Positions 1 through 10,474 of a stretch of DNA of 64,000 bases are shown in pieces. The translations under genes were made by a program, and so were the position numbers. The notes beneath the pieces were generated by a model. The model did no database searches and was not told where the DNA came from. It worked only from the letters and a program-made list of their open reading frames with translations. The DNA is taken from contig NC_083284.1 of assembly GCF_963506605.1 (NCBI RefSeq), positions 28,458,001 to 28,522,000 on the forward strand, read 5' to 3'. How positions within the stretch are numbered: the stretch's first letter is position 1; every line of letters starts with the position of its first letter. The stretch comes from Zootoca vivipara. Taxonomy: Eukaryota.

Positions 1-37
1 AATATGTATTTGCAGTAACTGCAATAAAATAAATTAT

Positions 38-388
38 TGTTGTGTATTGATTCAAAGGATATTATATCTGTATTACTATTGTCTGTATTTGCATTAGGGT
101 AAAGTAACTGCCTTTTGGTTCCAGAAGGTACAGCTACTATTGGTTCATTTAAGCTGCTTTATTTGGATCCTCTGTCTTATTGGTTTCCTCCAAAAGGCAG
201 CACTGTGATTGCCTGATATTGTTCCCTCCAAAATGTATCCCTTTCTAGCTAGTCCCCCGTCCTTATAAATGTAGCTTTCCTCTCCTCAGAGCTTAGTCTT
301 GTTTGCTTTAATAAAGAAGTGTTACTAGAGAACTGTCTCCAGCATATTATGTCAAGAGAGCTGAAATCACGAACCCCACGTCACAACA
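38..388 (+). mobile_element. Solo LTR (351 bp)
   Basis: Termini TGTTGTG...CACAACA (7-bp inverted repeat, TG..CA); 5-bp direct repeat ATTAT at 33-37 and 389-393; TATAAA at 264-269; AATAAA at 310-315. Confidence 0.8.
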
Positions 389-499
389 ATTATAATCCCA
401 GACCAGTTAACCACCAAGTTTAAACTGTCAAAAGAACAGACACTCTAAACAAAACAGAGGAATTGCTATTGTGCAAAAACAATTCTTAAATGATGTGGA

Positions 500-609
500 T
501 AGCTCAGTCGGTAGAGAATGAGGGCTGTGGGTTGACGCTCCACAATGGGCAAAATATTCCAGGGTGCCTAAATGATCCTTTTAGTCCCTTCCAACTCCAT
601 GATTCTATG
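500..609 (+). mobile_element. Degenerate tRNA-derived SINE with CR1-type tail
   Basis: A-box-like TAGCTCAGTCGGTAGAG head; ends gtcccttccaactccatgattctatg (CR1 3' motif). Confidence 0.65.
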
Positions 610-1180
610 TACACCATACAATCAGTAAACATACTAGGATGTCCTTAGCAAAGCAAGCAACAAAAAGCAAAAAAGCAACAATAATAAAATTGTCTGAGTG
701 AAATTTCACTAATTACTCAATCTTTAATTAATCAAAGATTGAGAAACCTTGTATGCAAATGTTTCTTGGACATACATTTACTCAGAAGTATGTCCCATTC
801 AGTTGGACTTACTCACAGGTAAGTGTGCAGCAGCAGTCAGTGGGAAGTACAGGCAGAGAAGTGTTGCTCACCTGGCTTCCCAACACTGAGCGCTGCTACC
901 AATTATTGAGGAGAGAGATATGAGGAGAACAACATAAGGCAGGTGGGGTTGCAGGTGCATGGAACTGGCTCCGCTACATCTGAGCTGCCCTCAGCTCCCG
1001 CACCTTGCCCCTTCCCCGATCTGAAGCTGGCAGTGGCATTTGGCCTTGGAAAGCCAGGTGAGAAATGCCTCCCTACCTGTGCCACCCCACTGACAGCTGC
1101 TGTTGGCGTGGGTATGATTGCACCTTTTGGGGTTTATCTTTGGATTAAATGCAAATAGATCAAAAGGAAACCCAACTCAC

Positions 1181-1285
1181 GTCACACTGGAAAGGCTTCT
1201 CCCCTGTGTGGGTTCTCATGTGCTCATCTAGGCCTCGTTTCTGACTGAAGGCTTTGTTGCACTCGGAGCACTGGTAAGGCTTTTC
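1181..1285 (-). CDS. PRDM5: PRDM5 exon 15, 105 nt
   Basis: acag|GAA acceptor, GAC|gtgagt donor; encodes [35 protein letters not shown]. Confidence 0.96.
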
Positions 1286-4200
1286 CTGTAACACAGTGAG
1301 CAAGAGAAGGAATTAAAGTGACTCGGTGAAGAGAGCAGGCTATTAACAGGACAGCATTCCATACTGGATGGCGAGGGCTTCGTATTAGTTTCACGAGACA
1401 AAGTTCAGTGCAGACACCGGCAAAATGAGCCTTTATAGCTGGTGGCAAAGCTCTAGAGGAAATGCCCTCTCTCAATATATCATTTGGTTATCAAAGTATG
1501 AAATCTATACAATCCAGTGTAACTGTTCCTACAATTATCATTCGTCATCATGATTGAGACAAAATTACAAATGCAAAATCACACCTAAAAACAATTCCAT
1601 CCAGTTATTTAGCTATTGTAACAACTTCAAAGAAACCTGTTAAGTTCCATATCTCCATCTTCAACTTTCCTCCTTGCCTAAATCTTAAATTATGTCCACT
1701 TCATACCATTTCAATAAAACCCAGCAGGTACAGTACAACGCTACACTCACTATGAATTGAGTTCAATGGAGCTTACTCTAGGATAAGTAGGTATATGATT
1801 GCAGCCCTTATCTCTCACTCCTTCCATTTTGGGGCTATCTACATTTTTGTAACGAAAATTTACTGAATACCCCCTCAAAATAATTCAGCAGCAATATGAG
1901 CTGTCTTCCACTTTAACAATTTCTCTGTCTTTCATAACCATGTTTTTCAGGGAAGTGGGTGTGTCTGTTTTTCCATAACTTTTAATATGAATAACTAAAA
2001 AACACAATGTCTCAGAAAACTTGATTTACAACCTATTTTCAAAAGAAACATTTTGATTGAAGCCATTTTAAGTCTGTCAACCATAATACCAATGACCACA
2101 AGTGCTAGGGTTTTCCAGAATCACAGAATTAAAGGTAGTTATCTGTGCATACGATATGGAAAGAAATTGTGGGAAGTCTATACACTGAAAGTTTGAGAGG
2201 CTGTGGGCGCGTTCTTCAGTTTAACTGACAATGCTGGACAGATATTCCTGTCAAGAACCCCTCCCATCCCCACACATCACCTATATTAATAATATTAATA
2301 TTTCTACAATACTTCAGTGTTAGTTTTAAACTCACCAAATGCATGATGAAATTACTACTCTGAATAAGAACTCCTCAATGTAGTCTCAACATACTCCTAA
2401 TGATGGAGCTCTTTTGTGTAAGTTTTTCCTTTCAGTGAAATGTTTATCCACTTTTGTGGCTTTTTAATATTTATTTTACTTTGGGTAACCAGCATTTTTT
2501 TATATAAAAAATACATCAGAATAGGTCTATTTCCTAGCAAACAAGATATTTAGAAAAGAATCTTGCGGGTCCTGTCTTCAGGCTTTTGCGTCAATAAGAT
2601 TTCCCCCCCTCCCTGACTACAGATTGAGTAAATACTCCACAGACAGGCCCCTGTAATTTTTACAGAAGTATATGTCTCAGGCATATGAAAAACAGGCATC
2701 ACCAACATAGCCTTAATTTGTTTTGTATTGTAGTTAATGCAAACCACATTTGGTGTAAGCCCTCTGAAAATCCATTTTATTATCTGCATGTGCTGCTCAG
2801 TAAAAAGCTCAAAATAAAGTGTAGTAAGCAGTTCCATATCTGAGATGCAAAGAAATGCAGATAAGTATACAGAACAATCACAGCCATGGGATTACTGATC
2901 ATGCCTCACAAATGTTTTGTTTATCGTTTGCCTGCACTGCGATTTGAAGATGCTGTCTCGTCCACTCTGGGTGAATGGCTCACTCCAGCTCTGAAAGTGA
3001 CTCATAAGAAGAGGACATTTGAAGGAGGAAACCCTTATGAAAAGGGGGGAAAAACTCTGAGAAGAAAACACTCCATTCCAAGAAAACAATTATCTGGGCT
3101 GAGGCCAACAGGAGCAAGCATTTTCATTGTCTTTTTTTCTGAGTTTAATGTACTTAAACCTATTTCTGTCAGAGACACTGCTTCAACTGCAGTATCCGGC
3201 AACTTCACTGCTAGCAGGGCAAACAGACAGAGCGACACACAAAGAAAAAGGAACCTATCACAGTGCAATGAGATTTTTTCCTAGTGCCACTCAACTCATC
3301 CGGCAAGCCAAGAGGACCAAAAATCTACCTGGCTTTAATCCAGATATCTTTCTAATGTAACCTCAGCCCAACCCACAGCTGCAATTTATGAAATAAGGCT
3401 GCCCCCTAAGTCTCCCATAACCTAGCATGTCATTTCTTTACCCATTCCTATGTAGGGCTGGTTCACACATCTTTCAGTGAATGTACATTATGTGGTTAGA
3501 TAGGGATGGAGTATGGCTCAAGGAAGGAGCGAAGAAAGAAAGACTGGTGGCAAGATAATTTCTTCAACCTAAAGTTTTAATATATGGCCAAGAGATGTGT
3601 TTTCAATGTGTTGGTTCACATAAAAGAGACAGGTTATAGAGTTTCCTTTATTACATATGCTTTGATTTATGATTGACATATTTTATATTTACTAAGCTAC
3701 TTAGCGACAGCGACAATGATCCATACCCACAACCCATTTTTATATTCCTGTCATCAATAAACGCAAACACATGGCATTCCTTTACTTTGGCGAGTGGAAG
3801 TAGTTGCTTCTATAATCTGATAGATGCTCCATAAACAGTTGGAATTTACAGTCCTAGCAGCCATTCAGTGCCTGTGAAATCCATTTTTTATTATCTTCCA
3901 GATGACCTTCTGTTTGTTGACAGTTAAGCCACCCCTCCCTTTCTTTTTCTGTGCTTTGAGATCTTTTCATCTTTCTTTTAATGTCTTTGGTGTCCCCATT
4001 GTCCTTGCTAATGGCATTAATTCTCTTCCCAAATTGTTGCTATAGTTTTTATCTTTATGTTTTGTATAGATTTACTAGTGTGGAGAACTTGCCAGGCGAC
4101 ATCTTTTTCCACATTGTTAATGTTCTCTTGGTGCCTGAAGTATCAGTTACTTGAAATAGAAACTTGGAGGGTTGTTATTATTTACAGTCCTTGCTTTTGT

Positions 4201-4326
4201 TTAGTGGAACATTTTCTTTAGAAGAGGAAAGGTTTGCAGAAATAAAAGTTGCTTCTTTGGGCTTACTCCAAGTTGGCTAAAATGTTCATACAGGCATGCA
4301 GTACCACCCTCTCAAGAGATCATACC

Positions 4327-4800
4327 GGCGACTTCCGGTGAGCTGCGGTCATCGAAGGAAGCGCGGGATAGCCCTCCGGGGAATCCCGAACTTAACGGAG
4401 CCTTTAGAGGTCACGCGAAGGCTACGCGGACCTCAAAAACCTCAGGGGGGGTTACCCTGAGTGTCGTGGCACCCAGCAGCGCCCTGCGTGCTCTCCTTCA
4501 CCCGGTTTTTACTGCGTGGGAGCCGGGAGAAGGATTGAGCTGCGGGCGCGAAGGGGGAGAGACCACTGACTCCGTTAAGTGCAGTCTCTGGCTTCCGATG
4601 GTAAGCAGCAAGCTTCCTTAAATTATAATTAATCTGAGGAATAAAGAAAGCTGAAATAAATTCTGGATTGAAGTTAACAATCGGATTGATGAAGCTGTGG
4701 GGCGCAAAAAGGGAGTCCGTCCCAACAGCGGGGAAAAATGGCGCAGAGAAGTGATCGTAGGAGCTGAGCGACGGAAAGTGAAACTATTTGCCTGCGGAGT
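4327..4800 (+). promoter_or_regulatory. L1 internal promoter / CpG-rich 5' UTR
   Basis: Dense CpGs versus AT-rich flanks; ETS-like ACTTCCGG near the 5' end; YY1-like AAAATGGCG at 4735-4743. Promoter function is inferred from known L1 biology. Confidence 0.6.
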
Positions 4801-5631
4801 GAGTTTTTCAGAAGTCCTTGATTACATTGTAACAAGGCAATTTCTTTAGGGTGGAAAAGAATTGCTTAGAGCTTTTATATTGTTACCTTGTCCCTTTCCT
4901 GGGGGTGGAACTGCAAGTGATCTGGGAACTTTATATTTTCTGCGCTCTAGCCCTGAATGCAGAGGAGCTTTGAGTTGCCTGAGTGCTTTGCCTGTATCGC
5001 TGCAGCACCGAAGGGGAGAAAGACGGAGGCTGCCCCTTTTGTTTTCTTTGCTATAATTAAGAACAAAGTAAAAACGTTTCCCACCAACTGAGAGGCTGGA
5101 AAGGGGGGGGTCGACTTTGGATTAAGCCAGCAAGTGGCTGAAGAGGGGTTTATTGCTGGGGGACTGCGGATCTGGGATTCTCCCTTATTTGGATTAAGCC
5201 TACAAGTGGCTGAAGTATTTGGCTTTTTTTTTCTCTTTCTTTTTTTTTTGGGTTTTATTGGAGCGAATTGTGGATTAAGCCTATAAGTGGCTGAAGAGTT
5301 GCGAGACTTGGCTTCTTTGTTTCAGGTTCCAAGGGTGCTTTGACTGCTGGAGGGATAAAGAAGGAACTTGCTAGAAGGGTTTGATTTATTGTAACTAGAA
5401 ACTGCTGGTTCTCTGTCTCTGGGAGTGGAAAAGTACTGGAAAGACTTGAGGTTTCAGAGTAATCCACCCAGTGGCAGACGGAATAACTGTTGATTCTAGG
5501 TATTGGAATTTATTACAGCGCCATCTGGGGGTGGTTGGATTATTGCAGGTAAATTGTAGGAATTTATTAATACTGGTCCCCCTAGTGGTGAAGAGGGGAA
5601 TTTCCCCTCTTTCCTGTTTTTTTGTAGAAGA

Positions 5632-6690
5632 ATGGCTGGTAAAGAAGAAAGGAAGGCAGCAAGCACACCAAAAGATAGAAGAGGTTCGAAGCAAGAAGAA
5701 GTCAAAGATTTAGAAGCTCTATGGCAAAAAATTAAAGATGAATTTAAACATAGTGAACAACGAATGGATAAGAAATTGGGAGAGATTGATAAGAAGATTG
5801 AAGGAGCGGTGGGAGAATTATCAACCCAAATAAAAGATCTGTCGGTGAGATCCAAAACAATGGAAGAAACAATCAAGAAGACCCAAAAAGAGGTAAAGGA
5901 GGTTAAAAAAGAGACTGACAAAGTGAAAGATAGTATGAAGAAAATGGACCGGGCACATGAACAAATGCTTGATAATTTGGCATTAATTGAAATGAAACAA
6001 AGGCAATTGAATTTGAAATTAAGGGGTATCCCTGAAGAATCAGGAGAAGATATTAAGTCAAGGATAATTGCCGAATTGGCGAAATGGATGGGAAAGACGG
6101 ATGAAGAAGTGAGCCAGACAATTGTGAATGTATTCAGAATTAAGGTAAAATCAGCAAAGGCCAAGGCAAGGAAAGCACCTGGTGACTGCGTGGTGGTTCT
6201 CAATACAATGGAGATGAAAAATGAGATTTTAAGTTTGAGCTTCACCAACAAGCTAATCATCGGAGGCAAGCCTATAATCGTGTTTAAAGAAATTCCTGGA
6301 AGATTTTTGAAAAAACGTGACAATTATAAAGCAATGGTGGCCCTGCTTAGGAAAAATGGAATCCAGCATAGATGGGAATACCCCGAAGGAATAATGTTTT
6401 TTTATAAAGAGAAAAGACATGTGCTGACAAGTATGCATGACATTGGGAAATTCTTGAGAAAGTACGAAAAATTCTTGGGAGAGCTGAGCCCAGACCTGGT
6501 TATCCTAGCTGAAGCGACCGCAGAAGAGGAAGAAGAACCAAAACCACAAAGAAGGAGAAGAAAGAAAAAAGAAGGAGAGGAAGAGAAATCAGAAGAAGAA
6601 GAACAGGAAAAAGAGGAAGAGGATAAAGAGTCAGAGAGTGAAGAAGAGGAAGAAGATAAAGATTTAAGTAAAGAACCCGACCAAGACTAG
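5632..6690 (+). CDS. L1 ORF1p (coiled coil, RRM, CTD, acidic tail), 352 aa
   Basis: Heptad-rich N-terminal half, NLKLRGIPE RRM-start motif, WEYP CTD motif; sits directly upstream of ORF2. Confidence 0.9.
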   Translation: MAGKEERKAASTPKDRRGSKQEEVKDLEALWQKIKDEFKHSEQRMDKKLGEIDKKIEGAVGELSTQIKDLSVRSKTMEETIKKTQKEVKEVKKETDKVKDSMKKMDRAHEQMLDNLALIEMKQRQLNLKLRGIPEESGEDIKSRIIAELAKWMGKTDEEVSQTIVNVFRIKVKSAKAKARKAPGDCVVVLNTMEMKNEILSLSFTNKLIIGGKPIIVFKEIPGRFLKKRDNYKAMVALLRKNGIQHRWEYPEGIMFFYKEKRHVLTSMHDIGKFLRKYEKFLGELSPDLVILAEATAEEEEEPKPQRRRRKKKEGEEEKSEEEEQEKEEEDKESESEEEEEDKDLSKEPDQD

Positions 6691-6724
6691 ATAAAATCTT
6701 ATCTTCCTGATATTAGGAAGTAAA

Positions 6725-9700
6725 ATGGCATCATTGAAGATACATACTTGGAATGTACATGGATTGAATAATAAAGCGAAAAGAAATAAAATTGATCATA
6801 TTTTGAAGAAGAAAAATTTGGATATAATCTGTCTTCAGGAAACACATGTGGCGAAAAAACATAATTATATTCTTAGAAATAAAAGGTTGGGTAAAGAATT
6901 TATTAATTCAGTAGAAAATAAAAAGAGAGGAGTGGTTTTGTATATAAAAGACAAATTGGAACCAAATTTGATGTTTAAAGATGAAGAAGGAAGAGTGATA
7001 GCGGTCCAAATATCGACCCATGGAGAAAAAATGTTGGTGGTGGGAATTTATGCACCGAATGAGAACAAAGCGGAATTTTACAAGAATTTGGAAGAAAGGT
7101 TAGTAGAGTATATGGACCAAAAGATAGTGCTTATGGGTGATTTCAACGGAGTGACAGTACCAGAATTGGACAGGACAAAGAAAAGGAAGAATGAAGGCAA
7201 GTTACCAAAATCCTTCTTTGAATTGGTAGAAAACCTGGGCCTAGTGGATATTTGGAGGTTAAAGCATCCTACGCTTAAACAGTTTACATTCTTCTCAGAA
7301 CCAAATCAAAGTTCTGGAAGAATAGATCATATATGGATCTCCAAAGAACTAGTACCCAGGGTGAGTAAAATAGAGATAATACCACGAACACTATCAGATC
7401 ACAATTCAATATTCATGGAAATGAAAAGCAAAGATCAGAATTCCTTTAGGTGGAGAATGAATGAGGAGCTTTTCGAAGATAAAGAGGTGGTAGTAAAAGC
7501 TAAGAATATCCTGAAAGATTATTTTCATTGGAATTTACATAAAGACACTGGGCTTGATATGGTATGGGATGCAAGTAAAGCAGTAATGAGAGGCTTTCTA
7601 ATACAGCAAAATAGTTTCCTGAAACGAAAGAAAGAAAAGAAGAAGGAGGAAATCCTGAAGTGTCTCATGGAAAATGAGAAAAACCTGATAGATAAACCAG
7701 AGAATCAACAAATCAAATATAACATAAAGATGCTACAGACACAATTCTCCATGTTGATCAGTCAGGAGATAGAATGGAAAATAAAGCAGATGAGACAAAA
7801 AAATTTTGAATTAGCGAACAAAACAGGAAAATTATTGGCATGGCAATTAAGGAAACGTCAAAATCAAAATACGATAGTGAAGATAAATATGGAAGGAAAA
7901 GTGACTGAGGAGCCAAAGGAAATAAAGAAAGCCTTTCAAAAGTTTTATAAAGAGTTGTATTGTAAAAAGAAAGAAGAGGAGAAGAAGATCAGTGATTATT
8001 TAAGCAAACATGGATTGAAACAAATCCCAGAAGAGGAAAGAAAGAAACTCAATAATAGGATAACAAGGCAAGAAGTACACCAGGCAATAATGAGAATGAA
8101 AGTAGGAAAAGCCCCAGGACCAGATGGATTATCAGCAAAATATTATAAAGTTTTAAATGAACAGCTGATACCGATTTTAGAAGAAGTGATGAATGATATT
8201 CTTGCAGGAGGAAAGATCCCAAATACATGGAAGGAAGCGTATATTACATTGATTCCAAAACCAGGAGCGGATGGCTTAGAAGTCAGAAATTATAGACCAA
8301 TTTCTTTATTGAACAACGATTATAAGCTGTTTGCAGATATTATGTCCAAGAGATTGAAAGAAGTTTTGAATGAAATGATATATAAGGACCAAGCTGGTTT
8401 TCTTCCTGGTAGACAGTTAAAGGACAACGTCAGACATATAATAGATGTAATAGAATATCTGGAAACCAAGATAGATAAGCCAGCAGTATTAATGTTTGTG
8501 GATGCGGAGAAAGCATTTGACAATATATCTTGGCAGTTTATGAAGAAAAATCTGGAATCAATGGTTGGCAAAGATTCTTTTTTGAATGGGATTGAGGCAA
8601 TATATTCAGAACAAAAAGCAAGATTGATAATTAATAACACATTAACGGAATATTTTGACATTACAAAAGGAACTAGACAGGGGTGTCCCTTATCCCCTTT
8701 ATTATTCATCATGGTCCTGGAAGTACTATTGAATAGATTAAGAGATCTTTCAACTATTAGAGGAATTAAAGTAGGTGCAAAGCAATTTAAAGTGAAAGCC
8801 TTCGCGGATGATTTGGTCTTAACTCTAGAAAATCCTAAGGAAAGTGTTGCAGCGGCTATAGAAGAAATTGAGAAATTTGGACAATTAGCAGGATTTAAAT
8901 TAAATAGACAGAAAACAAAGGTGATGGCAATGAATATGACGAAAGAGGAAAAGCAAGAGTTACACCTAAAATATGGGTTTGATGTGGCAAAAAAAGTAAA
9001 ATACCTTGGAATATGGATGACAGCAAAGAACATTAACTTATATAGTGATAATTATGAACCAGTATGGAGAGAAATAAAGAAAGACCTGGAAAGGTGGACT
9101 AATATGAACATGTCATTCTTAGGAAGAATAGCAGCAATTAAGATGAATATCCTACCTAAAATGTTATTCTTATTTCAAACTATACCTGTGGTGAAGGGTA
9201 CAAGACAATTTCAAGAATGGCAAAAGATTTTGTCAAGATTTCTCTGGCAGGGGAAAAAACCTAGAATAAAACATAAAATCTTGGTAGACAGAAAAGAAAG
9301 AGGTGGTTTCTCCCTGCCAGACTTAAGACTTTATTATGAAGCGTCTTGTATATGTTGGATTAAAGAGTGGATAACGTTGAAGAATACTGACCTGCTAGAT
9401 TTGGAAGGTTTTAACAATAGATTTGGGTGGCATGCATATTTATGTTATGACAAAAAGAAGTCTCATACTGGGTTTACCAATCATGTGATAAGAAGATCTC
9501 TGTACGAGGTGTGGGAAAGAAATAAAATGCTGTTAGAGACCAAAAAACCATGGTGGGTTTCACCAGCAGAGGTATTAACAGTGAAGAAAGTAAATATGGA
9601 GGGGAGGTGGGCCACTTATGAGGAAATTTTGATAAGAACTGATAAAGGATGGAGACTTAAACCCTATGAAGAAATTAAAGGAGTTTTAACAGGATGGATA

Positions 9701-10474
9701 CAATACCATCAAATAAATGATGTTCTTAGGGAAGACAGGAAAATAGGTTTTGAGGACAAAAGGTCCAAATTCCAAATAGAAGTGCTAGAAGGCAAAACAA
9801 AGCTTCTGTCAAAAATGTACAATTTGTTATTAGAATGGTATACGAAGGATGAGTTGACAAAAGAAGCGATGATCAAGTGGGCAAAAGATTTTGGGCACAA
9901 TATTGATTATGACGCGTGGTTGAAATTATGGACTCAAACGTTGAGATTTACAGCATGTACTGCTTTGAAAGAAAATGTGTATAAGATGATGTATAGATGG
10001 TATTTAACACCAGTTAAACTAGCCAAAATGTATAGAATGAGTGACAAAACTTGCTGGAAATGTAAAGAGAGAGATGGTGAATTTTATCATATGTGGTGGA
10101 CATGCGATAAGGTAAAAAGATTTTGGGAGATGTTATATAATGAGTTGAAAAAGATGTTTAGATATACTTTCCCAAAAAAACCTGAAGCATTTTTACTAGG
10201 AATAATGGGAGGAGAGATTAGAAAAGAAGATCAAGTATTGTTTATGTATGCGACAACCGCGGCTAGGACTTTGTTAGCCCAAAAATGGAAATTACAAGAA
10301 ATTCCAACGATTGAGGAGTGGCAGATTAAAATGATGGACTATGCTGAACTCGCAAGGATGACTTGCAAGATCCGCGACCAGGGGGAGACAAGGTTTCAAA
10401 AAGACTGGAGTAAATATGTGGATTATATGGAGAAAAACTGTAGATCTTTAAAAACACTTGCAGGATTGAAATAA
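6725..10474 (+). CDS. L1 ORF2p (APE endonuclease, reverse transcriptase, Cys-rich domain), 1249 aa
   Basis: TWNVHG, LQETH, GDFN, RIDHI, SDH endonuclease motifs; PGPDG, YRPISLLN, DAEKAFD, RQGCPLSP, FADD, KYLG RT motifs; CWKC..HMWWTC. Confidence 0.97.
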   Translation: MASLKIHTWNVHGLNNKAKRNKIDHILKKKNLDIICLQETHVAKKHNYILRNKRLGKEFINSVENKKRGVVLYIKDKLEPNLMFKDEEGRVIAVQISTHGEKMLVVGIYAPNENKAEFYKNLEERLVEYMDQKIVLMGDFNGVTVPELDRTKKRKNEGKLPKSFFELVENLGLVDIWRLKHPTLKQFTFFSEPNQSSGRIDHIWISKELVPRVSKIEIIPRTLSDHNSIFMEMKSKDQNSFRWRMNEELFEDKEVVVKAKNILKDYFHWNLHKDTGLDMVWDASKAVMRGFLIQQNSFLKRKKEKKKEEILKCLMENEKNLIDKPENQQIKYNIKMLQTQFSMLISQEIEWKIKQMRQKNFELANKTGKLLAWQLRKRQNQNTIVKINMEGKVTEEPKEIKKAFQKFYKELYCKKKEEEKKISDYLSKHGLKQIPEEERKKLNNRITRQEVHQAIMRMKVGKAPGPDGLSAKYYKVLNEQLIPILEEVMNDILAGGKIPNTWKEAYITLIPKPGADGLEVRNYRPISLLNNDYKLFADIMSKRLKEVLNEMIYKDQAGFLPGRQLKDNVRHIIDVIEYLETKIDKPAVLMFVDAEKAFDNISWQFMKKNLESMVGKDSFLNGIEAIYSEQKARLIINNTLTEYFDITKGTRQGCPLSPLLFIMVLEVLLNRLRDLSTIRGIKVGAKQFKVKAFADDLVLTLENPKESVAAAIEEIEKFGQLAGFKLNRQKTKVMAMNMTKEEKQELHLKYGFDVAKKVKYLGIWMTAKNINLYSDNYEPVWREIKKDLERWTNMNMSFLGRIAAIKMNILPKMLFLFQTIPVVKGTRQFQEWQKILSRFLWQGKKPRIKHKILVDRKERGGFSLPDLRLYYEASCICWIKEWITLKNTDLLDLEGFNNRFGWHAYLCYDKKKSHTGFTNHVIRRSLYEVWERNKMLLETKKPWWVSPAEVLTVKKVNMEGRWATYEEILIRTDKGWRLKPYEEIKGVLTGWIQYHQINDVLREDRKIGFEDKRSKFQIEVLEGKTKLLSKMYNLLLEWYTKDELTKEAMIKWAKDFGHNIDYDAWLKLWTQTLRFTACTALKENVYKMMYRWYLTPVKLAKMYRMSDKTCWKCKERDGEFYHMWWTCDKVKRFWEMLYNELKKMFRYTFPKKPEAFLLGIMGGEIRKEDQVLFMYATTAARTLLAQKWKLQEIPTIEEWQIKMMDYAELARMTCKIRDQGETRFQKDWSKYVDYMEKNCRSLKTLAGLK

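Noticed and set aside
2886-3284. 132-aa plus-strand ORF with good Kozak context
   Set aside because: No recognisable domain or exon structure; length is within chance for 64 kb.
3500-4260. Possible decayed minus-strand LINE ORF2
   Set aside because: Only vague similarity; I could not read a convincing motif.
5118-5296. CRISPR-like repeat-spacer pattern
   Set aside because: Only three repeats, low-complexity spacers, inside a vertebrate L1 5' UTR, no cas genes.
5496-6323. 275-aa minus-strand ORF (and the 237-aa ORF at 8320-9033)
   Set aside because: Antisense shadows of the A-rich L1 ORFs; F/L/S/I-biased with no domain.
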